Shown here piece after piece: positions 7,501 to 17,256 of a stretch of 64,000 bases of DNA. A model generated the notes under the pieces. The model did not search any database. It saw nothing but the letters and a program-made list of their open reading frames with translations, and was not told where the DNA came from. A program made the position numbers and the translations under genes. Where the stretch lies: assembly GCA_944332075.1 (NCBI GenBank), contig CALVJL010000007.1:318-64317 (forward strand), in the 5' to 3' direction. The DNA is from an uncultured Bacilli bacterium. Lineage in GTDB: Bacteria > Bacillota_I > Bacilli_A > RFN20 > CAG-449. Position 1 is the first letter of the stretch; every line of letters starts with the position of its first letter.

Positions 7501-9887
7501 GCATTTAATCTCTTTTTATATATTCTTTGTCTTCCATAAATAGGCAAATTTCTAATTGTTGAGGTTCTTTCCCAGCCACCTATTTGTTTCATAATTGCAG
7601 CAAGTTGATAAGAATCACTAGACTTTAGATCACTTTGTGATTTACCAAAACACTCACACCAAATTTCAGTATTTGAAACTTCCGTTCTTTGAATTGTCCC
7701 TTTTTCACAAATAAAATCATCACCATTTAGAAAAGAACGTCTTTTATATAGATCCATTTCATGCCAATTTTTAGGAAGAAGCCTATTAAGATATTGTTCT
7801 ACAATTCCTACTCTTTCATCTTGCTCTAGTGCTTCATTTTGATAATCAGTCGCAATATCAAGTAAATTGCCTTCAAGGTACAACTCCTCGCCACTTTCAT
7901 AGATTTCTTTTGCTTCAGACCAAAATTGATCTCTATATTTTTTATCATTTTCATCCCACATTCTCTTTTGGAGTGTTTGATTGCATTTGACAATCCAAAA
8001 TCTACGATTACCTGTAATGTCTCTTAAATAACCTCTGCCATCACCATTAACCGTAGCAAAAATGACACATTGTCTAGGATGCGACTCTACCACTCTTCCA
8101 TAACTTGCACGGTACTTGTCATCGGTGGTTGAAACAAAAGATTTAACCTTTTCAATATCTGCTTTCTTCATACCAGAAAGTTCGCCTATTTCAATCAGCC
8201 AATTACCCTGTATTTTCTCAGCAGCGGTTTTGTCATTCATATCAGTTAAAGAAAGGTTATCTGAGAAGAACTCCTCACCTGCTAGATATTTAATAAGCGT
8301 TGACTTTCCTATGCCTTGAGCCCCGTCTAAAACTGGGATGCTATCAAACTTTGTCCCTGGATGATATGCTCTAGCTACACAGGCAGCAAAGATCTTTTTA
8401 GTAATAGCTCTCGTATAGTCATTATCATCAGCACTTAAAAACTTAATGAATACCTCTTCTACTCTTTTAACACCATCCCATTTAGGCAAAGAGTCTAGAT
8501 AATCCCTGACTGGATGAAAACGCCTATTATCAACAATAGAATTAAATGCGACTTCAAAATTACGCTCTTTAAACTCAATGTATTTTTTATCAATATAAAG
8601 CCTTAGCTGTGATTCATCAGCTTCTCTCCAAAACCTATTATCTTTTGGTCTATCCCAAGGAACTCTTCCAATAACCTCAACTCGATTAGATAGTTCGTTA
8701 TAAGCAAAACCTTGCAGATTCTTATCGTTTTCTAAAATTATTTCTAAATTCTTTGAAGTATTTTCAATTGCTCCATCAATTCCTATTGATAATTTTGATA
8801 TCCAATCTTTTACAGGTTTAGTTTTACTAACAATAGGACTTTCGCTTTGACTATCAACATTTATTTCATCTTCATCGAATTCCCCATTATCTAAAATTAG
8901 TTGTGTTCTTACATGCTCATCATCACGCGCTACTTCTTTCATCTTCTTTACAGCATCGTTATTATCACTACCAAATAGATGAAACATGACTAGTTGAAAG
9001 GCATTAAGTTCTCTGCCACAAGCAATATCAGTAGCATGATGAGAAAAGGCATACTTATCATCATAGATAATTAAGCCGCCTTTAGAATCGGCACTTTTTA
9101 AGCTATATCTATTACTTTTATCAGTTGGCTCATAAACATCACTTAAATAAGTCTCTATGGCTTCCTGAACTGTATAAGCTCTACAAAAAGCACCTATAAC
9201 CCCCTTTAGCTCAGTAGGATCCTTTTTCTTCCTCCCTCTTTGAACATTGTTCTTAGGTAGTTCATCAGGAGTTAAAGGAAGAGTAGAAATGTCCTGCCAC
9301 ATAGGATAATCAGCTAAAAACTCATCTGGATTAAGTATCTCTCCTTCAACTTTCTTAAAGATGAACTCGCCGTTTTTAGGAGTAGTTGGATAAAACATTA
9401 ATTGAGCTATTCTAAAAGAACAAACATCAAACTGCTCAATCCCAAATTGAGACGCAAAAAGTCTAGCGATAGCATTATATTCATCAGGCGTAACATCCCT
9501 ACTTAAAGGAACGATCACCCTACATCTAGGTTCTTCTTTTGTATGGCTATGTGTAGTGTATAAACAAGATAAATATTTTGATTCTGTAGTGAATTTATCA
9601 ATAAATTCTACTTTTGCCTTATCTAAATCAAGGGTAAGCATTGAGCGAAATAAAACTTCACTTACACCTCTTTTTGTGCCTTTTAACTTTCCTCCGACAA
9701 AGCCACCATTATCTTTAGCCTTATTTCTTTCCTCTTTATTAAAGTGCTTATATTGCTCTATGGTTTCGCTTGTATATTTAGTCTTTGATAATCTTTGGCA
9801 AAGCTCATCAAAAGTTACTTCTTCATTTGCCCAGAATTTAGCTTCACAGCTATTTCCAACCGCAATGCTATATTTTCTTTCACCCAT
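7473..9887 (-). CDS. VirE (virulence-associated E)-family primase-helicase
   Basis: N-terminal prim-pol motifs (TLDLD, TTHSH); Walker A GAQGIGKS, EIGEL, TGNRRFW. Confidence 0.93.
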   Translation of the reverse strand: MGERKYSIAVGNSCEAKFWANEEVTFDELCQRLSKTKYTSETIEQYKHFNKEERNKAKDNGGFVGGKLKGTKRGVSEVLFRSMLTLDLDKAKVEFIDKFTTESKYLSCLYTTHSHTKEEPRCRVIVPLSRDVTPDEYNAIARLFASQFGIEQFDVCSFRIAQLMFYPTTPKNGEFIFKKVEGEILNPDEFLADYPMWQDISTLPLTPDELPKNNVQRGRKKKDPTELKGVIGAFCRAYTVQEAIETYLSDVYEPTDKSNRYSLKSADSKGGLIIYDDKYAFSHHATDIACGRELNAFQLVMFHLFGSDNNDAVKKMKEVARDDEHVRTQLILDNGEFDEDEINVDSQSESPIVSKTKPVKDWISKLSIGIDGAIENTSKNLEIILENDKNLQGFAYNELSNRVEVIGRVPWDRPKDNRFWREADESQLRLYIDKKYIEFKERNFEVAFNSIVDNRRFHPVRDYLDSLPKWDGVKRVEEVFIKFLSADDNDYTRAITKKIFAACVARAYHPGTKFDSIPVLDGAQGIGKSTLIKYLAGEEFFSDNLSLTDMNDKTAAEKIQGNWLIEIGELSGMKKADIEKVKSFVSTTDDKYRASYGRVVESHPRQCVIFATVNGDGRGYLRDITGNRRFWIVKCNQTLQKRMWDENDKKYRDQFWSEAKEIYESGEELYLEGNLLDIATDYQNEALEQDERVGIVEQYLNRLLPKNWHEMDLYKRRSFLNGDDFICEKGTIQRTEVSNTEIWCECFGKSQSDLKSSDSYQLAAIMKQIGGWERTSTIRNLPIYGRQRIYKKRLNANTKHSKHN

Positions 9888-9906
9888 TATTAATTACCTC
9901 CTTTAA

Positions 9907-11841
9907 TTAATCTTTCTGATAAAAATTGCACTCATATCCATCTGCTCTTAAAAGTAAGTCACTAGCCCATGAAGGTGATTTACTCATTAGTGAAGTCACC
10001 TCTTCTAACTTAGTGTCTAAACTTGCTTCAACAACTACTTCATCGTGAATATGCATCACTATGTCGTAGGCTTTTAAGTTATGAATAGAATTACAAAGTA
10101 TGTCCCTAGCCGTAGCTTGAACGATATTTTCAACAAACTTAGGACCATAGGAATTTATCCTTTCCCATTTCTTGGTATTTCCTATGCCCTCATATGTAAT
10201 GTCACCATTTATGTCACTGATTCTTGGTCTTATATAAGCAAGAGCTCTGCCACTTGGAAGTTTTATGAATAAGACACCTTTATCAAAATATATGGAAAGC
10301 CTATATAAACTAACTTCTCTATGTTCTTTTATGGCCGTTCTTATAGCCTTATCTATATCCCACCAAAACTTAACAATATGCGGATTGGCATTTCGCCAAC
10401 TATCGACTAGCTCTTGAAGTTCATCTTCTTTTAATCCTGCGTCAAGTGCTCCCATTGCTTTAAGTGCACCTATGCTTCCGCCATATCCACAAGCCAAATT
10501 TGCTTGTTTCCCTTTTTGTCTTAGTTCGCCATTAATGCCGTGCTTTACGACAGGTACTCCATACATTTTGCTAGCAGTTGCACAGTAGATATCTTCACCA
10601 TTTTTAAAGGCATCAAGCACCCAAGTTTCACCTGCATACCAAGCCAAGACCCTAGCCTCAATAGCACTAAAATCAGCTACTATAAACTTATGGTTTTTCT
10701 TAGGAATAAAGGCCGTTCTTATAAGCTGAGAAAGTACATCTGGTATATCGTCATAAAGTATGTTTAATGCTTCAATGTCGCCGTTTTTGACAATTTCTCT
10801 AGCACCATCTAAATCAGATAAATGGTTCTGTCTTAGGTTTTGAAGTTGCACGAATTTAGAAGCAAACCTTCCTGTCCTCGAGGCGCCATAAAATTGGAAC
10901 ATTCCCCTGATTCTTTGGTCAGATAACTTGCATTTTTCCATTGCCTCATACTTTTTAATTGAGGATTTAGAGGTTTGTAGCCTTAAGGCTAGCGCTGAAG
11001 AAATAAGGTTATTTGTAGTAGATTTTATTAAACCTTCAACATTCTTTTTCCCTAGATCTTCTACTTCTAAACCTTGCTCCTTTAACCATTTTTTAAGCTG
11101 TGTAACTGAATTAGGATTTGATAAATTAGTTAGATTTTGCAAGGAATTTAATAGATTTTCATTAGTTTTTGCAGCAATATCAATTGCATTACTTACTAGG
11201 TCTTTATCTATTAAAACTCCTCTATCATTTATCTTTTCGCTCTCGCTATATTCTCTCCAAATAAAATCTGGAACCTTAATCGCACTTAGCCTTTTAATTA
11301 TCTCTACTTCACTATCGACATCACGCTTGTTATATTCCTTAAATAAGGTCCATTTACTAATATCATGAATGGGCAAATTCCTAGTTCGCATCTTGTTTGA
11401 TTTAGTAGGTTTGCATGGAACACTAAAATAGCGAATGAGGTCCTTTCCTTCATCAAGTTTTTGTTTATCTAATTCAAGTACTATCCCTATATCTTTAAGC
11501 GACTTTGGTAAGCCTAGCATTGAGGCATAGACCATCGAGCAACGCCATGAAGAAGGATCTAAATATGTGTGTGATGGTAGCCTTAAGTATCTAGAAAGAC
11601 AAATACGTTCAAAGGCGGCATTATGACTTATTTTGATTATCTTATCGCTTAAAATAGCTTCTACTATTTCATCTGGTATCTTCTCACCATTTGCTAGGTC
11701 AATGACTTTTGCTTCGTTAAAATCGACACTATAACCAAATAAAAGGATTTCAAAGTCTTTATCTTCAGCGTATCTATATGCACCACTTTTAGAGATATCA
11801 GTGCTTGAATATGTTTCTAAATCTATTATCAAATTATGCAT
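9907..11841 (-). CDS. Phage family A DNA polymerase
   Basis: Exonuclease IDLETYS; polymerase motifs DFSAIEAR, KQANLACGYG, HIHDE. Start at MHNLIID behind AAGGGG. Confidence 0.95.
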   Translation of the reverse strand: MHNLIIDLETYSSTDISKSGAYRYAEDKDFEILLFGYSVDFNEAKVIDLANGEKIPDEIVEAILSDKIIKISHNAAFERICLSRYLRLPSHTYLDPSSWRCSMVYASMLGLPKSLKDIGIVLELDKQKLDEGKDLIRYFSVPCKPTKSNKMRTRNLPIHDISKWTLFKEYNKRDVDSEVEIIKRLSAIKVPDFIWREYSESEKINDRGVLIDKDLVSNAIDIAAKTNENLLNSLQNLTNLSNPNSVTQLKKWLKEQGLEVEDLGKKNVEGLIKSTTNNLISSALALRLQTSKSSIKKYEAMEKCKLSDQRIRGMFQFYGASRTGRFASKFVQLQNLRQNHLSDLDGAREIVKNGDIEALNILYDDIPDVLSQLIRTAFIPKKNHKFIVADFSAIEARVLAWYAGETWVLDAFKNGEDIYCATASKMYGVPVVKHGINGELRQKGKQANLACGYGGSIGALKAMGALDAGLKEDELQELVDSWRNANPHIVKFWWDIDKAIRTAIKEHREVSLYRLSIYFDKGVLFIKLPSGRALAYIRPRISDINGDITYEGIGNTKKWERINSYGPKFVENIVQATARDILCNSIHNLKAYDIVMHIHDEVVVEASLDTKLEEVTSLMSKSPSWASDLLLRADGYECNFYQKD

Positions 11842-11910
11842 AATAAATTCACCCCTTAATAAGCAAATAGGGTGATAAGAGCTTCCTCCTACCACCCTTA
11901 AAACTTCTAA

Positions 11911-12483
11911 TTAAAATAAGTAATCTTCGTCATCGTCAGCATCTTCTAGATTGCTAAAATCACTTTCAGCTGTAGCTTTACCACCAAGTCTCTCGCCATC
12001 AGCTATCTTTTGAACGTTATTAAGTCCGCAAGCGATGCCCTTTGACATACCAGTGTTATAGGCATAGAAGGTAATTGATGCCCTACCATAAATTCCTGAA
12101 TAGATTTCTTCTTCTGGGTTTAAGATAGGTTCACAATTAGCATCGACGATTCCAGGTTTTGTTCTTGATTTAGCATTGACGAAATAGCTGTTTTTATAGG
12201 CTTCGTCCCCTGCTTTATCAATATCACCATCACGTAGGACACTTCTAAGTGAAGCAAGAGGAGGTACAACTTTAGAGTTGCCTTTTAATTTATTTGCACC
12301 TTCTTCATATGCTGCTTTGATAGCATTATTGATTTTATCGATAGTAAACTTATCATCTTTAGAGATAATAAGAGATACACTATAGACTGGTTCAGCTCCT
12401 TCAACAGGGCTTTTTGGTGTTAAGAGATTAGCATAAGAAAATCTCACATTTTTTGAAGTAATAACTTTAGTTTGTTTATTCAT
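11911..12483 (-). CDS. DUF2815 single-stranded DNA-binding protein
   Basis: VRFSYANL, LRDGD, YSGIYGR, GLNNVQK..DGERLGG and an acidic tail ending in an aromatic residue. Confidence 0.92.
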   Translation of the reverse strand: MNKQTKVITSKNVRFSYANLLTPKSPVEGAEPVYSVSLIISKDDKFTIDKINNAIKAAYEEGANKLKGNSKVVPPLASLRSVLRDGDIDKAGDEAYKNSYFVNAKSRTKPGIVDANCEPILNPEEEIYSGIYGRASITFYAYNTGMSKGIACGLNNVQKIADGERLGGKATAESDFSNLEDADDDEDYLF

Positions 12484-12499
12484 AATAATTTTTCTCCTT

Positions 12500-13627
12500 T
12501 TATTCATCTTTAAAATCATTAACAGCTAGATTCATTTCTGGTCTTTTATCATCAATGCTTACTAAGGTTGGCTTACCTTGTGGCTTATAGACAAATTCAT
12601 CTAATAGCTCGACAAACTTCGCCTTGCCTAGAAGCTTTGTTAGTTCAGTAATGCTACGAAGTTTCTTCTCATAAGGATCATATCCAGCATCCTCTACGAT
12701 TTTGGCAACTTCGTCTTCTTTACTAAACTTACGATTAGAACGACCTTCAACCACTTTGTATCTAGACCACTTTTTTCCTTTTAATGCTTCATTCAAGGCA
12801 TATTCTTTAATTGAATTAGCCCACTCGACTAAATCATCAGTTTTACCGATAATCTCTTCGATTTCTTCATCAGTAAGTAAGTCAGCGGTCTTGAATTCAT
12901 AAGCAGCTAGTTTAAGGTTTTCAAGTGCTCTAGCAGTACACTTGACCCTAGCTTTGCAAAATCTACAATGCTCTCCAGGTACAAATTCCCCTTTACCTTC
13001 AAATGCCAACTTTGCCTTTGGTGCTAAGAAGTTATTAGCCCAGTCTAGGAGTTCATCTTTACTCATCTCATAAGTGCTGATATTGCCTATCCTAGGTTGG
13101 AAGATAGTCATTGAGATTTTTGGTGTGTCATATAGGCAAGAGAAGAGATTTAAGGCACCGAGTGAGTAAAGCATCATTTGTGGATTTTTCTCACAAGAGA
13201 TCTTGATACCCGTCCCATTTTTGTAGTCAATTACATGCATGACTCCATCTTCTATAATCAAACAATCACAAGTTCCAAATCCCTCAGGTACAAAGTTTGA
13301 AAAGTCCACTTTTTGCTCGATTAGGATTACAGGATCATTGCATCTTTGCTTAATCTCTGAGATTAAATCCATGATGTAATTAACGTACTCATCGCTTGCT
13401 TCTTTTAGGTCTTCACTAAACTCAAAGTCTTGTGGCAATTTCTCATCGGTATGGATTCCTAGTAGCTCACATAATCTAATCTCATTTAGCAAGTGAACCA
13501 TAGTTCCTTCACGACTATAAATTGTCTCAATATCTTCAAAATTAGCTGAGATTGAAGGGGATTTTGTACAATTTAGCCAAATATGAGCACCTGAAGCAGA
13601 TAGCTTAGCGTGTATTTCACTTGCCAT
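12500..13627 (-). CDS. DUF2800 PD-(D/E)xK (Cas4-like) exonuclease
   Basis: HAKLSAS...W..C, GFGTCD, IDYK.G, NPQMMLY, CRFC.....C. Confidence 0.92.
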   Translation of the reverse strand: MASEIHAKLSASGAHIWLNCTKSPSISANFEDIETIYSREGTMVHLLNEIRLCELLGIHTDEKLPQDFEFSEDLKEASDEYVNYIMDLISEIKQRCNDPVILIEQKVDFSNFVPEGFGTCDCLIIEDGVMHVIDYKNGTGIKISCEKNPQMMLYSLGALNLFSCLYDTPKISMTIFQPRIGNISTYEMSKDELLDWANNFLAPKAKLAFEGKGEFVPGEHCRFCKARVKCTARALENLKLAAYEFKTADLLTDEEIEEIIGKTDDLVEWANSIKEYALNEALKGKKWSRYKVVEGRSNRKFSKEDEVAKIVEDAGYDPYEKKLRSITELTKLLGKAKFVELLDEFVYKPQGKPTLVSIDDKRPEMNLAVNDFKDE

Positions 13628-13629
13628 AA

Positions 13630-13938
13630 TTAAAGCCCCTCTGCTTCCTTTAATAGTTCTTCATAGTCATCTGGATTAACCTCTGACAATTTGTTAGAAC
13701 CATGCTTTTTAAGTAAAGCCTTAACGTCACTAGTCTTACCTGCTCTAGACTTTTCAATTAGTACTTTTCTAACATCCTCTAGCGTAAGTTTGACAGTCTT
13801 AGCTTCTGCCTTACCTAACACTTCTTCTGATGCTTCTTTTTCTCCATCATTTAATAGGCTTTTAGCTTCTTTAGCCTTCTCAATGATTTCAGTTAAAAGA
13901 GCATCAATCTTTTGAATTTCTTTTTTCTTCATCGTCAT
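13630..13938 (-). CDS. Conserved phage replication-module protein
   Basis: C-terminal LEDVRKVL..KSRAG...VK.LL..HG..KLSEV.P..Y..L pattern, typically found just before DUF2800. Confidence 0.75.
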   Translation of the reverse strand: MTMKKKEIQKIDALLTEIIEKAKEAKSLLNDGEKEASEEVLGKAEAKTVKLTLEDVRKVLIEKSRAGKTSDVKALLKKHGSNKLSEVNPDDYEELLKEAEGL

Positions 13939-14059
13939 TTTTCCTTTCTGCAAGGAAGCTCCCACTTTGAAGGACGATGATTTTAGAAAGTAAAGACAGT
14001 AAGTTTACGAACTCTTGGATAGGATTCATGTTTGGTTCGTTCTTATTTTCTTCTTTCAC
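13904..14059 (-). CDS. Small hypothetical protein, 51 aa (below ORF-track cutoff)
   Basis: GTG start behind GAAAGGCGGTG; MKEENKNEPNMNPIQEFVNLLSLLSKIIVLQSGSFLAERKNDDEEKRNSKD. Confidence 0.5.
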   Translation of the reverse strand: MKEENKNEPNMNPIQEFVNLLSLLSKIIVLQSGSFLAERKNDDEEKRNSKD

Positions 14060-14148
14060 TTTTAATCACCGCCTTTCTTGTGGATTTGCTTAACCCTTAC
14101 ACTTACAAAAGGAAGCAAACTTTCATCTTTGGAACCTTGATGACAAAA

Positions 14149-14820
14149 TTATTTCAAAAGGTATTTAGCTAAAAAGTAATAATCATCTTCACTTATTTCT
14201 TCTTTAGCTTTAGCAAGAGCAGTCTTTATAGCTTTTTCGATAGCTTTATGACTAACTCCGTAAATATCTCCTATCTTTTGATAGGTTAAGCCTTCTTTAA
14301 AATAGAGCTTAATCTTTTTAAACTGCTCTTCTGTTGAAACGCTTTTTATTACATTCCACAGTAATTTATTAGCTTCATTAAAAAGAGATAGTTCTTTAGG
14401 ATCGAGGCTACTATCATCAGCAGGCTCAAACTTAGTTTCGGCTTTCATAGCATCAAGTGATGCTGGTTTACCGCTTTTGCAAAATGGACACTTTTCGCAG
14501 TCTTCCATGCAACGCTTATAACCAACGCTATTTTTAGCAGGTATAAGGCATCGCTTTTCTAACTGTTCTTTTTTCCATTCTCGCCATATAGGTCTTTTGT
14601 AGAGAAGATAATCATGGCGGTCGACATAGATAGTATCTAGGACTTTGCCATGAACATCTTTAAGCTCAATGTAGTAGTTTCTCTCGTCAGTCTGAGTTTT
14701 AAGTTCGACTTCTGATAAATTACTACAATGGTATTTTTCATCTTCATTTAGCTCTTCTGCCTCATCAGCAAAAGAGTCAATTTCTTTCTTTATTAAATCG
14801 TTATAATTATCGTTATACAC
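14149..14820 (-). CDS. Phage sigma-70-like factor (region 4 HTH) with a Cys cluster
   Basis: RC...RCMEDCEKC, SLD, C-terminal HTH TYQKIGDIYGVSHKAIEK. Likely GTG start at 14820 behind AAGAGGTG. Confidence 0.8.
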   Translation of the reverse strand: MYNDNYNDLIKKEIDSFADEAEELNEDEKYHCSNLSEVELKTQTDERNYYIELKDVHGKVLDTIYVDRHDYLLYKRPIWREWKKEQLEKRCLIPAKNSVGYKRCMEDCEKCPFCKSGKPASLDAMKAETKFEPADDSSLDPKELSLFNEANKLLWNVIKSVSTEEQFKKIKLYFKEGLTYQKIGDIYGVSHKAIEKAIKTALAKAKEEISEDDYYFLAKYLLK

Positions 14821-14858
14821 CGTGTTGCACCTCTTGTTTGGAAGGCGCAAGCCACAGC

Positions 14859-15004
14859 GAGCAAAAACTTATGATGTAGTGCTTACTGCGGCCTTTGCCT
14901 AACAGAAAGCGCAACTCGATTCACCTAAGTTTTGCCTCTATAAAACTGACAACATGTGAATCGGAGACATTGATTTTCCGGAGTCTAATGTCCCTTATTG
15001 TCAG
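14859..15004 (-). ncRNA. Candidate structured cis-regulatory RNA in the sigma-factor leader
   Basis: Two stems (14946-14952/14998-15004 and 14859-14871/14926-14938) plus a perfect 8-bp cross-pairing 14917-14924/14956-14963. Confidence 0.5.
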
Positions 15005-15032
15005 AAAAAATTGTTTGTTAAGACTTGTATCT

Positions 15033-15176
15033 CTAGTCTTCGTTGTCTAATTCATGAGCTAATTCATCTTCTTTGAAAAGCTCCCAAGAATTAATTGTTA
15101 AGTGACCTTCAGCATCATAAGAATCAGGTTCTAATGCGTCAGGTCCGCCATCAGGGACTGGAATTTTCTCTAGCAT
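15033..15176 (-). CDS. Small acidic protein, 47 aa (below ORF-track cutoff)
   Basis: AAAGGTAGGTGG RBS; MLEKIPVPDGGPDALEPDSYDAEGHLTINSWELFKEDELAHELDNED. Confidence 0.6.
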   Translation of the reverse strand: MLEKIPVPDGGPDALEPDSYDAEGHLTINSWELFKEDELAHELDNED

Positions 15177-15255
15177 ATAACCACCTACCTTTATTAATAA
15201 TTCGCCTGTTGCAACTGACTTAAAATCATTCTAAAAGATATCTTTTAAACCCGTT

Positions 15256-15360
15256 AGGACACCCCTGTCCTTAAAAATTCTGTAGAAAAAAGCCACAAAA
15301 AAAGCCTAGAGATATACCTCTAAGCCTTAATTGTGGCTAATTTATAGACACCATTGTCTA
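15256..15360. promoter_or_regulatory. Two palindromic operators RGACA-N4-TGTCY
   Basis: AGGACA-CCCC-TGTCCT (15256-15271) and TAGACA-CCAT-TGTCTA (15345-15360), between the ImmA-HTH gene and the early lytic genes. Confidence 0.65.
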
Positions 15361-15369
15361 AATTTTTAT

Positions 15370-17256
15370 TTATTCTTCAATTTTTATTAATGGTTTGAAG
15401 CCCTGCATTATCAAATAATGATTGGCTTCATCAACCGATTTATCATACATATAGCAAAGTATAGTCCTAAACGCATCACCTTCTGGCGTTGTTCTAATAC
15501 CTCCGCAAGTAAATTTTATGAGAATATTGGAAAGCTTAGGAGGAAGGTTAAAAGATAAGCAAATTGAAACAATACATCTTATATCAAATTGCTTTTCTTT
15601 GCTATTTTTATCGAGATACCTAGATATGGTCTTTTCACTTAGCTTGCTTCTTCTAATAAGAGAAGCTTTATTCATCTTAAATTCTTTCATAAGATACTCG
15701 AGTAGTTCTCTGAATGTGTTATATGTCGAAATCTCTCTTATCATCCCAGCAATCCTAGCTTGCGATTCTTCCCTCGCTTTTTTAATGTCAGGTATACTCT
15801 CTGGGGCTTTAACCGAAACAATTTCATAAGTCATGTCTTCTCTTATTTCGCGGCACAAATAGCAAAAAGTTACAAAAGACGAAGAAATATTATTAAAGGA
15901 CTTGTCTTTAGCTACTATTTTGAATTTTATGGCACATTCATCAAGATGAACCCTAGCGTAATCCGTTAATTCTCCTTCGTCCGTTATGTACTTTTTATCA
16001 TTAAGGATTAAGTGGTTTTCGATAAAATGATAATCACCAGAAAACATCAAAGCCAGCAAACTTGCTGAGTTTGATTTAGATAAATCATTAAAAGAAATGG
16101 TATAAGTTTCCCCTTCCTTTAATGAATCCTTAGCAAATAAATAAGGTTTGACATATGCGTTATCTGCATAATCAAATACGCCTTTAGCGCTGTTATAACC
16201 TAAATCTATTAAGCGCTTCTTAACGGCATATTTTGTAACTCCATATTTTTCAGCCAAATTCTCTATAACATGAGGTGCATAATTTTCAAATTTCGAGCCG
16301 TATAGCCTCTGTGCATCAATTAACTCAGTTTCGTAATTTTTAATAAACGAATCTTTCGGCATTAGAACACAGGGGGCAATTCCGTTAGCCTGTATTTCCA
16401 TCCATTTGGAACGATCGTCATCACTGGCATCAATAATTCCATTCATTGAACACGCTATTCTAGTTATATTTTTGTTGTAAATTTGAGAAAAAATAAAAGC
16501 TCTTCTATGAAGATAGTAATGCAAACACTCATGGATGATAGTAAGGCCTATTGTTCCAAAAGAATAAAAGCACATCGCCAAGTCATCAATCACTATGGTA
16601 TTAGCTTCTACTTCTTCCTCAACATATTCATTGTTAAACGCATCATAAAAAGAAGCCTTAGATTTTTTAAAAAATATTTCGCCAAAAATCGTATCTTCTT
16701 TGTTAATTTTTCTTCTTATAAGTTTCAATCCCATCGCCTTAACTATCTTGTAAGGGTTTGGTATGTCATCTTTTAATGCTGACGGAAAATAAGTCATTAA
16801 AAATTCAGTTGCTATGTCATCATATTCTGTTTTGCTGATGATTGGCACTAAATCGCCGTTAAATGGTTTGTCGTATTTTTTATATTGATGCTCATAAACG
16901 TCCAAAACATTAAAATCGTGAATCGTTTCTTCGAATTTAGCAGAGCATTCGATTATAACCTTGCCTAAGCGCACCAATTCGCTTTCGTAGGATTTATATT
17001 TCCCTGAATGATAAACTGAAACTTGAACATCCGGCATCATGACGATATCTATGGCTATGTTGTTTGCTTCAGCTGGTTCGACATGAGCACCCATTTCATT
17101 GAATTCGATCTCGATATCATCATCGATTTTTGTGGCATCATCAAACTTATCAAGAATCAGACTCTCATGATTGTTCAATATGTATTTTCTCAGTGCTTTG
17201 TATAATTGATCGTAATAGTTGTCCAGCACATATGATAAAAAATTGTTCTTCTTCAC
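15370..17256 (-). CDS. ImmA/IrrE-family metallopeptidase fused to a C-terminal XRE-like HTH
   Basis: TIIHECLH...MEIQAN..A..VLMP...YGVTKYAVKKRL; C-terminal KASLIRRSKLSEKTISRY. Confidence 0.85.
   Translation of the reverse strand: MKKNNFLSYVLDNYYDQLYKALRKYILNNHESLILDKFDDATKIDDDIEIEFNEMGAHVEPAEANNIAIDIVMMPDVQVSVYHSGKYKSYESELVRLGKVIIECSAKFEETIHDFNVLDVYEHQYKKYDKPFNGDLVPIISKTEYDDIATEFLMTYFPSALKDDIPNPYKIVKAMGLKLIRRKINKEDTIFGEIFFKKSKASFYDAFNNEYVEEEVEANTIVIDDLAMCFYSFGTIGLTIIHECLHYYLHRRAFIFSQIYNKNITRIACSMNGIIDASDDDRSKWMEIQANGIAPCVLMPKDSFIKNYETELIDAQRLYGSKFENYAPHVIENLAEKYGVTKYAVKKRLIDLGYNSAKGVFDYADNAYVKPYLFAKDSLKEGETYTISFNDLSKSNSASLLALMFSGDYHFIENHLILNDKKYITDEGELTDYARVHLDECAIKFKIVAKDKSFNNISSSFVTFCYLCREIREDMTYEIVSVKAPESIPDIKKAREESQARIAGMIREISTYNTFRELLEYLMKEFKMNKASLIRRSKLSEKTISRYLDKNSKEKQFDIRCIVSICLSFNLPPKLSNILIKFTCGGIRTTPEGDAFRTILCYMYDKSVDEANHYLIMQGFKPLIKIEE

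Noticed and set aside
12500-13627. Cas4-like nuclease as evidence of CRISPR-Cas
   Set aside because: It is the DUF2800 phage exonuclease in its usual DUF2815/PolA context.
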